Notes: generated from the sequence alone by a model not told the origin. Positions 7,730 through 17,259 are shown, counted from the stretch's first letter. The stretch is 33,089 bases of DNA from Propionibacterium sp. (GCA_030460725.1 JAKECL010000001.1:1-33089); one strand, 5' to 3'. A program made the numbers and translations.

Positions 7730-9475
7730 GTGACGTCACCCGGTGGTGTGTGCAGGTCTCCCGCACCGGCCCACCCCGGTGGGAGGGCGCTGGGCCTCGT
7801 GCACGTCCTGGCCAATCGTGGGCGCGTGCGCACGGCGCGCCGCCTGGCAGGCCTTCTCGCCAGGTCCGCCCGCGGCCTCACGGCCGCCCGGGCTGCCGCG
7901 CTGCGAGAGACCCTCGACCTGGAGCTCTCCGGGAGCGACGGGTCCAACTGGTCGACTCCGAGGGCCCGGTGGGCCGCAGGTCTGGAGGGACTCCTCACCG
8001 AACTGGACAGGGAACTCGCGGTGTGGGACGGGGCATCTCCGGGCCCGGTCGACGCCGTGGTGGAGGCCCTGGTCCTTGCCTTCCACCCCCGTCTCCACCA
8101 GGGCGCGTGGACTTCGCCCCTGGTGGCAGATCCGAGGGGATTCGCCGCGCTCCTGGAGGGGCACAGGGTCATGGCCCTCCTGCGGGGGAACTCCGCACCA
8201 CGGCTGGAGGAGGCCGACGCCGGCCCCGCAGATCGGGGCTGTCACCCCGAGGACGCCACCCGGAGCGACGTGGCAGTCCGGCCGCACCCACACCCGACTG
8301 TGTGTTCCCGGGTCCGCCCACCTGCGGTGGACACACCTGTGCGTCTGCTGGTGCTCACCGACACCAGTCTCACGTTCATGACGGCGCTGCTGCAGCACTG
8401 GGGGGCGCACCGTGACGTGGAGTTGCGGGTGCGTGACCTGCGCGAGGAAGGCACGGACGCCAGCTGGTGGTCCCTGCGGGCAACGGTGGGGGACCGCCTG
8501 GCAGGTGTCTCGCCCGTCCCTCCCACACACCTCAGCGAGGATCTGCGCTGGGCCGATGTCGTGTGGGTCGAGTGGGGAGGTGCACTCGCGGCTCGGCTCT
8601 CCGCCGTCGACACGGCGTGCGTCGATCGGGAGACGACTGACCTGGCGAGCGCTGAACCTCAGGCGAGCCGATCCCGTCCGCGCCTCATCGTCCGCCTGCA
8701 CCGCTATGAGGCCTTCACCATGTATCCCCAGGTGACGCATTGGGAGGGGGTCGACGACCTGGTGCTGGTCTCGGCAGCCGTCGGGCGGGTGCTGGAGTCC
8801 ACCGTCCCTGACATCGCCCGCCGCACCCGGATCCAGGTGGCCCCCAATGTCGTCGACCTGCACCGCTTCGCCCTCCCCAAGCGTTCCGCAGCCGCTCGCA
8901 CCCTGGCCCTCATCGGGTGGGACCGTCCGGTGAAGGACCCGGACTGGGCTCTGGACGTGCTCGACGTCCTGAGGGCCCACGATCCCTCCTGGCGGCTGTT
9001 GCTGGTGGGCAGGGCCCCCACGGGTGGGGACGGCACCGCAGAGGGAACCTGGGCTCAGTCGCTGAACATGCGGGTGTCCGCCCACGGGTCCTCCGTGGTG
9101 ACCCTGGGCCGGCGCGAGGACATTCCCGAGGTCCTGCGCGACGCTTCGGTGATCCTCTCCTCCTCACTGGTGGAGAGCGCACATCTGGCCCTTCAGGAGG
9201 GCACAGCCTCCGGATGCCTGCCCGTGGTGCGCAACTGGCCGGGTGTCGCGGCCGTCGGGGGACCCCTGGACATCTACCCCCGGGACTGGGTGGTCGTGAC
9301 CCCCGAGCAGGGGGCCCGACGCATCCTCCAGGCCGCGCTGTCCGCGGAGGCGGGTGGGCTCGGCCCTGCTGGCAGTCCTGCTGCGCGGACCGCCAGCAGG
9401 TGGGTCCTGGACCACCTGGACGCCTCCACCACGCTGCCCCTGGTCGACGAGATCATCGGGGTCGGACAGTCGTGA
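7730..9475 (+). CDS. GT-B (GT4-like) glycosyltransferase with a long N-terminal extension
   Basis: C-terminal half has WADVVWVEW, IVRLHRYEAF, VAPNVVDLHRF, LGRREDIPEVL, ILSSSLVESAHLALQEGTASGCLPVVRNWPG; GAGGGGG RBS before GTG 7730. Confidence 0.72.
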   Translation: MTSPGGVCRSPAPAHPGGRALGLVHVLANRGRVRTARRLAGLLARSARGLTAARAAALRETLDLELSGSDGSNWSTPRARWAAGLEGLLTELDRELAVWDGASPGPVDAVVEALVLAFHPRLHQGAWTSPLVADPRGFAALLEGHRVMALLRGNSAPRLEEADAGPADRGCHPEDATRSDVAVRPHPHPTVCSRVRPPAVDTPVRLLVLTDTSLTFMTALLQHWGAHRDVELRVRDLREEGTDASWWSLRATVGDRLAGVSPVPPTHLSEDLRWADVVWVEWGGALAARLSAVDTACVDRETTDLASAEPQASRSRPRLIVRLHRYEAFTMYPQVTHWEGVDDLVLVSAAVGRVLESTVPDIARRTRIQVAPNVVDLHRFALPKRSAAARTLALIGWDRPVKDPDWALDVLDVLRAHDPSWRLLLVGRAPTGGDGTAEGTWAQSLNMRVSAHGSSVVTLGRREDIPEVLRDASVILSSSLVESAHLALQEGTASGCLPVVRNWPGVAAVGGPLDIYPRDWVVVTPEQGARRILQAALSAEAGGLGPAGSPAARTASRWVLDHLDASTTLPLVDEIIGVGQS

Positions 9476-10575
9476 CGGTACTGCGGCCCTCCCACTCCGA
9501 GATCTCGGCCCCCGTGGTCGAGGTCGTCATTGCCGTCCACCGCCCGGAGCGTCCCGTCGAGCGTGCCGTTGCCTCCGTGCTGGACACCGCCCGCGGGGTG
9601 CGCCCGATCGTCGTGTGCCACAACATGCCGGCCAGCGCTCTGGGCGACAGGCTGACACGCTTCGGGGAGGCGGTACGGGTCCTGGAACTGTGTGACGGCA
9701 TTGCGTCCCCGGCGGGGCCCCTGAACCTGGGGCTGGACGTCGCCCGCGCACCCTGGGTGACATGCATGGGGTCCGACGACCACGAGGAGCCGGGCGCCAC
9801 CCGCGCCTGGGTCGCCCACCTGCGCACCCGCCCCGTCGACGCACTCATCCTGCCCGTCCTGCGGGCAGGGTCCGGGCGCATCGACATCCCACCGGTGCGC
9901 CCCGGACGTCTGCTCGACCTGGACCCCGTGAAGGACCGCCTCTGCCACCGCACCGGACCCCTGACCCTGGTGCGCACCCGGTTGCTGCGCGACCACGGCA
10001 TCCGGATGACCGAGGGGCTGCGCACGGGTGAGGACCTGGCCTGGTCCAGCCACGTGTGGATGACGGCGCGACGGATCGACCTGCTGGAGCCAGGATCGCC
10101 CTGCTATGTGGAGGACCAGTCGGGTCCCCGCGTCACAGCCATCCCCTTCCCCCTCACCGAACTCCTGGAGCCTGCGCGCAGGCTGGCCGCCGAGGGATGG
10201 GTGCACGGTCTCACTCCCGAGCACCGCCATGCCCTGGCGGTGCGGGTGGTGCGAGAGTCGCTGCTGCGTGCGCTCCGCTCCCGAGCGACCGGCATCGACG
10301 AGGGCGGGGCCCAGCGTGCCCACGAGGTCGCCGTGGCCTGGAGGTCGCTGGACCCCGGGGTCGCGCGGCCACTCTCACTCACCGAGACCCGCGCCTGGGC
10401 GGTGCTGCTGCGCACAGCTGACGTGGGTGCCGTCTCCGCCGCGGCGCACGCCCTGGGCTCCGGGCACCGACTGGCGAGGGTCTTCCCGCCCTCGCCACTG
10501 GGGTTGGCGGACCCCGAGGCCCGTCCCCGCCACCTCGCCTCCCGGTTGCTGCGACCGCGCCGCTGGCGTGGGTGA
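9472..10575 (+). CDS. GT2 family glycosyltransferase with atypical motifs
   Basis: VEVVIAVH...RAVASVL...SPAGPLNLGLDVARAPWVTCMGSDD...GLRTGEDL; GTGA overlap with the previous gene. Confidence 0.75.
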   Translation: MTVLRPSHSEISAPVVEVVIAVHRPERPVERAVASVLDTARGVRPIVVCHNMPASALGDRLTRFGEAVRVLELCDGIASPAGPLNLGLDVARAPWVTCMGSDDHEEPGATRAWVAHLRTRPVDALILPVLRAGSGRIDIPPVRPGRLLDLDPVKDRLCHRTGPLTLVRTRLLRDHGIRMTEGLRTGEDLAWSSHVWMTARRIDLLEPGSPCYVEDQSGPRVTAIPFPLTELLEPARRLAAEGWVHGLTPEHRHALAVRVVRESLLRALRSRATGIDEGGAQRAHEVAVAWRSLDPGVARPLSLTETRAWAVLLRTADVGAVSAAAHALGSGHRLARVFPPSPLGLADPEARPRHLASRLLRPRRWRG

Positions 10576-12407
10576 CGCTAGATTGGTGCGGTGCGGGAGT
10601 GGACCCGCCACACAGGAGAGGGGGAGTCGTGCGCAGGCTCGTTGACGCACTCCGGCGGCTGATCCCCCTGCTCCCGGAGGGGGCATCAGGATTCCTGCGC
10701 CTCTACATGGTCCTCACCTCCGCCCTGGCCCTCCTCGACATCGCTGCGCTGGGGCTGCTGGCCGCGGTCCTCACCCCGATGATGCGAGCGGAGCCGACAC
10801 GTCTGCCGGTGGTCGGAAGTGTCGCCCCCTCCACCTACCCGTGGGTGCTGGGGGCGGTGTGCGTGCTCATGGTTCTCAAGGCCGTGCTCGCCCTGGTCAT
10901 CCAATGGCTGGCGACCCGACGCTTCGCGGCCTACGAGCTCTCCGTCGGCGACGCCCTCTTCGACGCCTACATCCGCGCCCCCTGGACCGACCGCCTCTCG
11001 CGCTCCACGGCCGAGATCGTGCGTCTGGCGGATGTGGGCATTGCGAACACGGTCTCAGGTGTCCTCCTGCCGGCCATCACCCTGCCCCAGCTGGTGGTCA
11101 CCTTCATGGCGGTCCTGCTGGTCCTGGTCCTCGCCCAACCCGTCACCGCACTCATCACGCTGGTCTACCTGGGGCTGGTGGCAGCCTTCATGTACTTCGG
11201 GATCTCCCGGCAGGCCGTCGTGGCAGGGCGGGTGAACCTGCGCTACTCCCTGCGCATCACCGCCCTGATGACGGAGATGGTCGCAGCACTCAAGGAGATC
11301 ACACTGCGTGACCGCTTCGATGACGTCGCGCGGGTGGTCCACGCGACGCGCGAGCACTCCACACGGGCGCGCGCCAACATCCAGTTCCTGGGGGCCGTAC
11401 CGCAGCGCGTGGTTGAAGCGGCGCTGATCGGGGGATTCGTGCTGGTGGGTGGCGTCGCCTACCTGCAGGACGGGGCTGAAGCCGCCTCCGCATCAATTGC
11501 CCTCTTCGCTGTCGCCGGGTTCCGCATGGTGCCCTCCATCGTCTCCTTCCAGGGGGTGATGACCACGACCGCCAACTCCCTGCCCCACCTGGAGGCCGTG
11601 CTGCGTGACATCTCCTCCGCGCGGGGCTACAGGCAGCGGGCGGAGGTGGTCGGGCGTTCCGCCCTGCCCGATGAGCCCCGCATCCTGCGTCTGCAGGACG
11701 TCACCTTCACCTATCCCGGGGCGCCTGCGCCCGCCGTCCAGGGGGTCGACCTGGACGTCGCCATGGGCACCTCCCTGGGGATCGTGGGCGCCTCCGGTTC
11801 GGGAAAGTCGACCCTGGTGGATCTGGTCCTGGGTCTGCTGGCGCCCCAGTCCGGGCAGATCTCCATCGACGACCGCCCACTGGTCGAGGTACTGGCGGCG
11901 TGGCGCTCGCGGGTCGGCTACGTGCCCCAGGAGGTCTCCCTCTTCGATGCGACCATTGCCCAGAACATCGCCCTGACCTGGGGGGACGACCTGGACGAGG
12001 ACCGAGTGTGGCAAGCCGTGGAACAGGCGCAGCTCGCTGAGCTGGTACGGGGGCGACCCGGGGGGATCCACGCCCGCATCGGTGAGCGTGGCATCGCACT
12101 GTCGGGTGGGGAACGTCAGCGTCTGGGCATCGCGCGCGCCCTCTACTCCGACCCCCTGGTCCTGGTCCTCGACGAGGCGACGAGCGCCCTGGACACGGCC
12201 ACGGAGGACGCGGTCACCCATGCCATCCACGCACTCCACGGACGCGTCACCGTCGTGTCCGTGGCTCACCGCCTGTCCACCATCCGCACCGCTGACACGG
12301 TGTGCTTCATGCGGGGGGGACGGATGACCGCGCGCGGGTCATTCGAGGAACTCGTGGCCCGTGAGCCGGAGTTCGCCGTCCAGGCCCACCTGGCTGGCCT
12401 GGTCTGA
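10572..12407 (+). CDS. ABC half-transporter (TMD+NBD), PglK/Wzk-like lipid-linked oligosaccharide flippase
   Basis: About 6 TMs; Walker A GASGSGKST, Q-loop YVPQE, LSGGERQR, VLVLDEATSALD, VAHRLS; LFAVAGFRMVPS resembles PglK TM6. Alternative start GTG 10629 has a strong RBS. Confidence 0.85.
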   Translation: MTLDWCGAGVDPPHRRGGVVRRLVDALRRLIPLLPEGASGFLRLYMVLTSALALLDIAALGLLAAVLTPMMRAEPTRLPVVGSVAPSTYPWVLGAVCVLMVLKAVLALVIQWLATRRFAAYELSVGDALFDAYIRAPWTDRLSRSTAEIVRLADVGIANTVSGVLLPAITLPQLVVTFMAVLLVLVLAQPVTALITLVYLGLVAAFMYFGISRQAVVAGRVNLRYSLRITALMTEMVAALKEITLRDRFDDVARVVHATREHSTRARANIQFLGAVPQRVVEAALIGGFVLVGGVAYLQDGAEAASASIALFAVAGFRMVPSIVSFQGVMTTTANSLPHLEAVLRDISSARGYRQRAEVVGRSALPDEPRILRLQDVTFTYPGAPAPAVQGVDLDVAMGTSLGIVGASGSGKSTLVDLVLGLLAPQSGQISIDDRPLVEVLAAWRSRVGYVPQEVSLFDATIAQNIALTWGDDLDEDRVWQAVEQAQLAELVRGRPGGIHARIGERGIALSGGERQRLGIARALYSDPLVLVLDEATSALDTATEDAVTHAIHALHGRVTVVSVAHRLSTIRTADTVCFMRGGRMTARGSFEELVAREPEFAVQAHLAGLV

Positions 12408-12413
12408 CAGCGT

Positions 12414-12441
12414 CGCCCGCGCTCGGCCCCGAGCCTGGGCG
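12414..12441 (+). terminator. GC-rich stem-loop after the ABC flippase gene
   Basis: CGCCC-gc-GCTCG-gccc-CGAGC-ct-GGGCG; no U-tract. Confidence 0.35.
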
Positions 12442-12456
12442 CGGCACCCGCATCGC

Positions 12457-12462
12457 TAGGAT
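12457..12462 (+). promoter_or_regulatory. Putative -10 element (TAGGAT) giving a leaderless transcript at ATG 12470
   Basis: TAGGAT-gtgcccc-ATG (7-nt spacer), with no SD. Confidence 0.55.
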
Positions 12463-12469
12463 GTGCCCC

Positions 12470-13615
12470 ATGGCGCAGCGCCCACGACTGCTCATCCTGT
12501 CGTTCTCACCCATTGCCCAGGACGCCCGTGTCCTCAAACAGGTCGCGCTCTTCGCCGGGCGCACGGAGCTCACGACCTGCGGCTTCGGTCCGGCACCGGA
12601 GGGGGCCGACCACCACGTGGAGATCACGCACCGCACCCTGCCTGGCCGCAGCTGGGATGCGCTGTTGCAGCTGCGCGCCCACCGCGCGGGCTACTGGCTG
12701 CTCCCCGATGTGCGCGCAGCGCGCCGGGCACTGCGCGGGCTGACCTTCGACGCGGTTCTGGCTGACGACATCGACACCCTGCCCCTCGCGCTCTCCCTGG
12801 ACGCGCGAGGCGGGGTGCACTCCGACCTGCACGAGTACTTTCCCCGTCTCCAGGAGGAGCACGAACCCTGGAGGCGGCGCATCGGCCCCTGGTACACGTG
12901 GCTGTGCCGCAGCCACCTGCCCCGCGCAGCCTCGGTGACCACCGTCGGGCATGCCATCGCCCGGGAGTACACGCGGCAGTTCGGCGTGGAGGTCGGGGTG
13001 GTCACCAACGCGACGCCGCTGGCCGATCTCCACCCCACCCCGGTGCACGACCCCGTGCGCGTGGTCCACTCGGGGACCAGCCACCGTGAACGCAACCTCA
13101 TGGCCCTGGTCGAGGGCGTGCTGGCGGTGCCCGGCTACACCCTGGACCTCTTCCTGACCCCCACCGACCCGGCGCACCTGGCACAGCTGCGAGCGCGAGC
13201 GCAGGATGAGCCGCGCTTGACGGTCCACGACCCGGTCGCGTACCACGACCTGGTGCCCACCCTCAACGACTTCGATCTGGGGGTGCACCTGCTGCCTCCC
13301 CGCAACTTCAACTTCGCCAACGCCCTGCCCAACAAGATGTTCGACTTCGCCCAGGCCCGCATCGGTGCGATCGTGGGACCCAGCCCCGAGATGGCGGCAG
13401 TGGTACGTGACAACGACTTCGGGGAGGTGGCTCCCGGCTACGGGGCCCGGGACCTTGCGCAGGTCCTGGAACATCTGACACCGGCGCGCATCCAGCAGAT
13501 GAAGCGTCACGCGGACGAACATGCGGAGGACCTCTCCGCAGGCACGCAGGTCGTCGGCTGGGACAGAGCCGTCACCAGGCTCCTCGAGAGGGCATGGGGG
13601 AGGGGCGAGGCGTGA
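12470..13615 (+). CDS. GT-B glycosyltransferase (GT4-like)
   Basis: LLILSFSPIAQDARVLKQV, ADDIDTLP, HSDLHEY, VTNA, VVHSG, NALPNKMFDFAQARIG. Confidence 0.8.
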   Translation: MAQRPRLLILSFSPIAQDARVLKQVALFAGRTELTTCGFGPAPEGADHHVEITHRTLPGRSWDALLQLRAHRAGYWLLPDVRAARRALRGLTFDAVLADDIDTLPLALSLDARGGVHSDLHEYFPRLQEEHEPWRRRIGPWYTWLCRSHLPRAASVTTVGHAIAREYTRQFGVEVGVVTNATPLADLHPTPVHDPVRVVHSGTSHRERNLMALVEGVLAVPGYTLDLFLTPTDPAHLAQLRARAQDEPRLTVHDPVAYHDLVPTLNDFDLGVHLLPPRNFNFANALPNKMFDFAQARIGAIVGPSPEMAAVVRDNDFGEVAPGYGARDLAQVLEHLTPARIQQMKRHADEHAEDLSAGTQVVGWDRAVTRLLERAWGRGEA

Positions 13616-14871
13616 GTGCACGTCCCCGCGTCGTGGTGGTCACCACCTGGCTGCCGACCCCGGCCGCGCCGGTGTCCGGCATCTTCGTCCAACGCGACAT
13701 CCGCGCCCTGTCCACCATTGCCGATGTCCGGGGCGTCCACCTGGTGCCCCCCACCGCCCAGGAGGATTCCGCTCGGGCGCGCATCGGGGAGATCCCCGTG
13801 CTTCGCATCCCCCTGACGCCCTCACGCCCGGACTCCGTGCTCCGCGCCCTCCCACCACTGCACTCAGCCCTGCAGGGGGCTGACCTGGTCCACTCCATGG
13901 CCGTGTCCTCCCTGCTCCCGCTGGGACTCCTGCGGGTGCGGGTGCCCTGGGTGCACACCGAGCACTGGTCGGTCCTCGCAGAGCAGGTGGACGGCGTACG
14001 TGGACTGGCCGTGCGCGGGATCGCCCGGGTCGAGCGCCTCCCGGACGTCGTGGCCGCCGTGTCCCCTGACCTCGCAGAGCGCCTGGGGGAACTCGCAGGC
14101 CGGCGGGTGGAGGTGGTCCCCAACATCGTGGAGGCCCCGCCCCCCGGCCCGCGGCGCTTCCGCCGGCCGGGGGAGGAGCTCCGTCTGATCGGGGTAGGGG
14201 GACTGATAGAACGCAAGCGGCCCTTGCTGGCCGTACGCACGGCGGCAGCGCTGGCCGCCCGGGGCACACCCGTGCACCTGACCTGGGTCGGCGAAGGGCC
14301 CCTGGAGGAGCAGGTGCGCCGGGAGGCCCACCGCCTCGGCGTCCCCCTGGGCCTCGGGGGCGTGTTGGCACCCGACCGTGTCCCACAGGCCCTGGCTCGC
14401 GCCGATGTGTTCCTGGTGCCCAGCCGTGCGGAGACCTTCTTCCTGGGCGCGGCGGAGGCACTTGCCGCCGGGCGCCCGGTGGTGGTCGGGGACAGCGCGG
14501 GCCCGCGCTCCTTCGTCGCCCCGCCCACGGGGCGCCTGGTCGACTCCGAGGATCCGCAGGACTGGGCGGACGCAGTGGAGCGGGTGTGGCAGGACACGGC
14601 AGGGATGGATGCAGACGAGATCGCCCGCTCCGTCCAGCGCTTCAGCGCACACGCCCTGGCCCGCGCCTACTCCGAGCTGTACGCCACCGCCCGATCCCGC
14701 CGTGCGGGCCGGGCCCTGACCCGGATGCGCGGTCGACTCACGCCGGGGGAGAGGACCCACGACACCAGGACGCGTGTCGATCGAACACCGGGGGCATCAA
14801 CGCCGGACACCGGCACTCCTGACACCCACCTGCGCCACATCCCGACTCCCGACACCCGGATGGGAGGATGA
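13612..14871 (+). CDS. GT4 glycosyltransferase (TuaC-like) with a repetitive C-terminal tail
   Basis: VVTTWLPTPAAPVSGIFV, WVHTEHWS, VVPNIV, VGGLIERKRP, PSRAETFFLGAAEALAAGRPVV; GTGA overlap. Confidence 0.85.
   Translation: MSARPRVVVVTTWLPTPAAPVSGIFVQRDIRALSTIADVRGVHLVPPTAQEDSARARIGEIPVLRIPLTPSRPDSVLRALPPLHSALQGADLVHSMAVSSLLPLGLLRVRVPWVHTEHWSVLAEQVDGVRGLAVRGIARVERLPDVVAAVSPDLAERLGELAGRRVEVVPNIVEAPPPGPRRFRRPGEELRLIGVGGLIERKRPLLAVRTAAALAARGTPVHLTWVGEGPLEEQVRREAHRLGVPLGLGGVLAPDRVPQALARADVFLVPSRAETFFLGAAEALAAGRPVVVGDSAGPRSFVAPPTGRLVDSEDPQDWADAVERVWQDTAGMDADEIARSVQRFSAHALARAYSELYATARSRRAGRALTRMRGRLTPGERTHDTRTRVDRTPGASTPDTGTPDTHLRHIPTPDTRMGG
14740..14859 (+). repeat. Degenerate 15-bp in-frame minisatellite (8 units)
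   Basis: Units encode TPGER THDTR TRVDR TPGAS TPDTG TPDTH LRHIP TPDTR; the core ACnCnnGACACC occurs at 14755, 14800, 14815 and 14845 (spacings 45, 15, 30). Confidence 0.55.
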
Positions 14872-14875
14872 ACCC

Positions 14876-16060
14876 GTGCACGTGCTCATGCTCCCCTCCT
14901 GGTACCCCCGCAACGACCAGGACCTCAGTGGCTCCTTCTTCCGCGAGCAGGCGCAGGTGCTTGCGGACTCCGGGCACCGGGTGGGGGTACTGGCGGCACG
15001 TGTCATCTCCGTGAGTGACCTGCACCGCCAGCCCCTGCACCGCGGCGTGCGTTGGAGTGTGGAGGGCGGGGTGCAGGTCGGTCGCCTTGATCTGGTCCAG
15101 GGAATTCCCCGCGCCCGCACCCTGGAGGCGGTCCTGGCCTGCGGCCGGTGGGGCAGGGTCCAGTGGGCCGCGGCCGACTACATCCGCCACCGGGGTCGCC
15201 CTGACGTGCTGCACGCCCACTCCCTCTACCCCGGCGGCTACCTGGCCGATGCGCTGTCGCGTCGGTGGGGGATCCCCTGGGTCCTCACCGAGCACCGCAG
15301 CCTCGACCACCTCCATGTGCTCACCCCGTGGGGGGCGCGCCGCGAGGCGCACGTCGTCTCCCACGCGGCGGTCCGCTGTGGTGTCTCCACAGGCCACGCC
15401 GAACACCTGGCACGACGCTTCGGGCGGACCGGAGGTCGCTGGGAGGTGGTGCACAATCTGGTACCCGACACCCCGGCCATTCCCAGGGGACTGCATCCGG
15501 TGGGTGAGCCACGCATCGGGCACCTCTCCTCCCTGGCGCCCGTCAAGCGTCCGGACCTGGTGGTGGGGGCGTTCGCCGCCATGACGGACCGCTTCCCCGG
15601 TGCCCGGCTCGCGGTGGGCGGACCCCTCGGGGGGGCGACCGGTCAGCACGTGCGCACACTGGTCGCGGACAGCTCCGCGCACGGGTCCGTCGACCTGGTC
15701 GGCGCCCTGGCGCGAGAACAGGTTCCGGTGTTCCTGGCCGGGTTGGATGCGCTGCTGATGCCCTCCGACTCCGAGACCTTCGGCGTGGTCATGGCCGAGG
15801 CACTGCTCCAGGGAACTCCCGTGGTGTCCACACCCACCTGGGGCGCCCGGGACGTGGTGGGGGAGGGCGACGGGAGGATCATCGCTGCTGGCTCCGGGCG
15901 TCCGGCTGAAGCGCTAGCGGCCGCCCTCGTCGAGGTCCTGGGGAAGGACGGGGACCCGGCGGCGGCCCGGGAGGCCCGCCGGCAACGCTGCCTGAGTCGA
16001 TTCGGACCCGAGGCCTTCGTGACGCGGTGTGAACAGATCTGGGTGGAGGCATTGCGATGA
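14876..16060 (+). CDS. GT4 glycosyltransferase (TuaC-like)
   Basis: VLMLPSWYP...SGSFFREQA, PDVLHAHS, WVLTEHRS, PSDSETFGVVMAEALLQGTPVVST; GGAGGA RBS before GTG 14876. Confidence 0.87.
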   Translation: MHVLMLPSWYPRNDQDLSGSFFREQAQVLADSGHRVGVLAARVISVSDLHRQPLHRGVRWSVEGGVQVGRLDLVQGIPRARTLEAVLACGRWGRVQWAAADYIRHRGRPDVLHAHSLYPGGYLADALSRRWGIPWVLTEHRSLDHLHVLTPWGARREAHVVSHAAVRCGVSTGHAEHLARRFGRTGGRWEVVHNLVPDTPAIPRGLHPVGEPRIGHLSSLAPVKRPDLVVGAFAAMTDRFPGARLAVGGPLGGATGQHVRTLVADSSAHGSVDLVGALAREQVPVFLAGLDALLMPSDSETFGVVMAEALLQGTPVVSTPTWGARDVVGEGDGRIIAAGSGRPAEALAAALVEVLGKDGDPAAAREARRQRCLSRFGPEAFVTRCEQIWVEALR

Positions 16061-17187
16061 CCGGTCCAGGACCGGGCAGGAGAGGTGGGAGCACCGGTCC
16101 CGACGTCGTCTACCACGTGCCCTACCCACTGGACCCGAGCGCGACCTCGGCCTCTGGCATCCGTCCCGTGCGCATGAGGGATGCCTTCATCGACATCGGG
16201 TGCCGGGTCTGGGAGGTGTCGGGGGATGCGGCGGATCGGCGCCGCAGCATGCGTGCCGTGCGTGACCACCTGCGTCGCGGGGGCAGAATCGGACTCGCCT
16301 ACTCGGAGTCCGCGACCCTGCCGACCCTCCTGACCGGCCCGCGCCACCTGCCCACCCACCCGTTCCTGGACCTGGGGTTCCTGCACTGGCTGGGCAGTCA
16401 CGGCGTACCCGTGGGGCTCTTCTACCGGGACGTCTACTGGCGCTTCCCCGAGTACCGGGAACGCGTGGGCGCCCTCGTGTCGTCAGGGACCGTCCCGCTC
16501 TACCGGCTGGACCTGTGGGCCTACCGCCACAGCCTCACCCGCCTCTACCTGCCCTCCTGCCAGATGGCAGCCCATGTCCCGGGCATCCCCACGTCGCTGA
16601 CCCAGGCGCTACCTCCCGGCTGCGACATCGTCCCCAGGGAACACCGCCAGGATCCGGGAGCCCTCAGGCTCCTCTATGTGGGCGGCCTCAACGAGCACTA
16701 CCGTGTGCACCGCTGCGTGGAGGCAGTGGCACGCAGCGGCGCAACGACCATGGTGCTGTGCACCCGCCAGGACGGCTGGGAGGCCCTGCGCGGGGAGTAC
16801 CAGTCGAAGCTGGGTGGACACACCAGGGTGGTGCACCTGTCCGGGGCCGGGCTGGAACCGCTCTACTCGGAGGCCGACGTGGCGGTGCTCGCCGTCGAGC
16901 CTCAGCCCTATCGGGAGTTCGCCGTCCCCTTCAAGCTCTTCGAGTACATCGGCCACGGCATCCCCGTCATCGCCACCCGCGGCACGCTGGCTGGCGACAT
17001 GGTCCAGGAACATGGACTCGGGTGGAGCGTCCCGTACGAGGTCGACGCCCTCGCGGCTCTCATGGGCCATCTGCGCGACCATCCCGAGGAGGTTGCTGCA
17101 GCGGCGGCCCGGGTGGCCGCAGCCGCACCGCAGCACACCTGGGAGGCGCGGGCCCGCCAGGTCGTCCACGACCTGGCGGGCGGCTGA
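16057..17187 (+). CDS. GT-B glycosyltransferase
   Basis: SASGIRPVRM, FYRDVYW, LPPGC, LLYVGGL, FAVPFKLFEYIGHGIPVIAT, HTWEARARQV; ATGA overlap. Confidence 0.82.
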   Translation: MTGPGPGRRGGSTGPDVVYHVPYPLDPSATSASGIRPVRMRDAFIDIGCRVWEVSGDAADRRRSMRAVRDHLRRGGRIGLAYSESATLPTLLTGPRHLPTHPFLDLGFLHWLGSHGVPVGLFYRDVYWRFPEYRERVGALVSSGTVPLYRLDLWAYRHSLTRLYLPSCQMAAHVPGIPTSLTQALPPGCDIVPREHRQDPGALRLLYVGGLNEHYRVHRCVEAVARSGATTMVLCTRQDGWEALRGEYQSKLGGHTRVVHLSGAGLEPLYSEADVAVLAVEPQPYREFAVPFKLFEYIGHGIPVIATRGTLAGDMVQEHGLGWSVPYEVDALAALMGHLRDHPEEVAAAAARVAAAAPQHTWEARARQVVHDLAGG

Positions 17188-17259
17188 GGGACGGCGGTGG
17201 GGGATACTGGGAGCCGCGCACCGGGGACCCGGTGGGGGAGAAGCGGGGAGAGACAGGGT

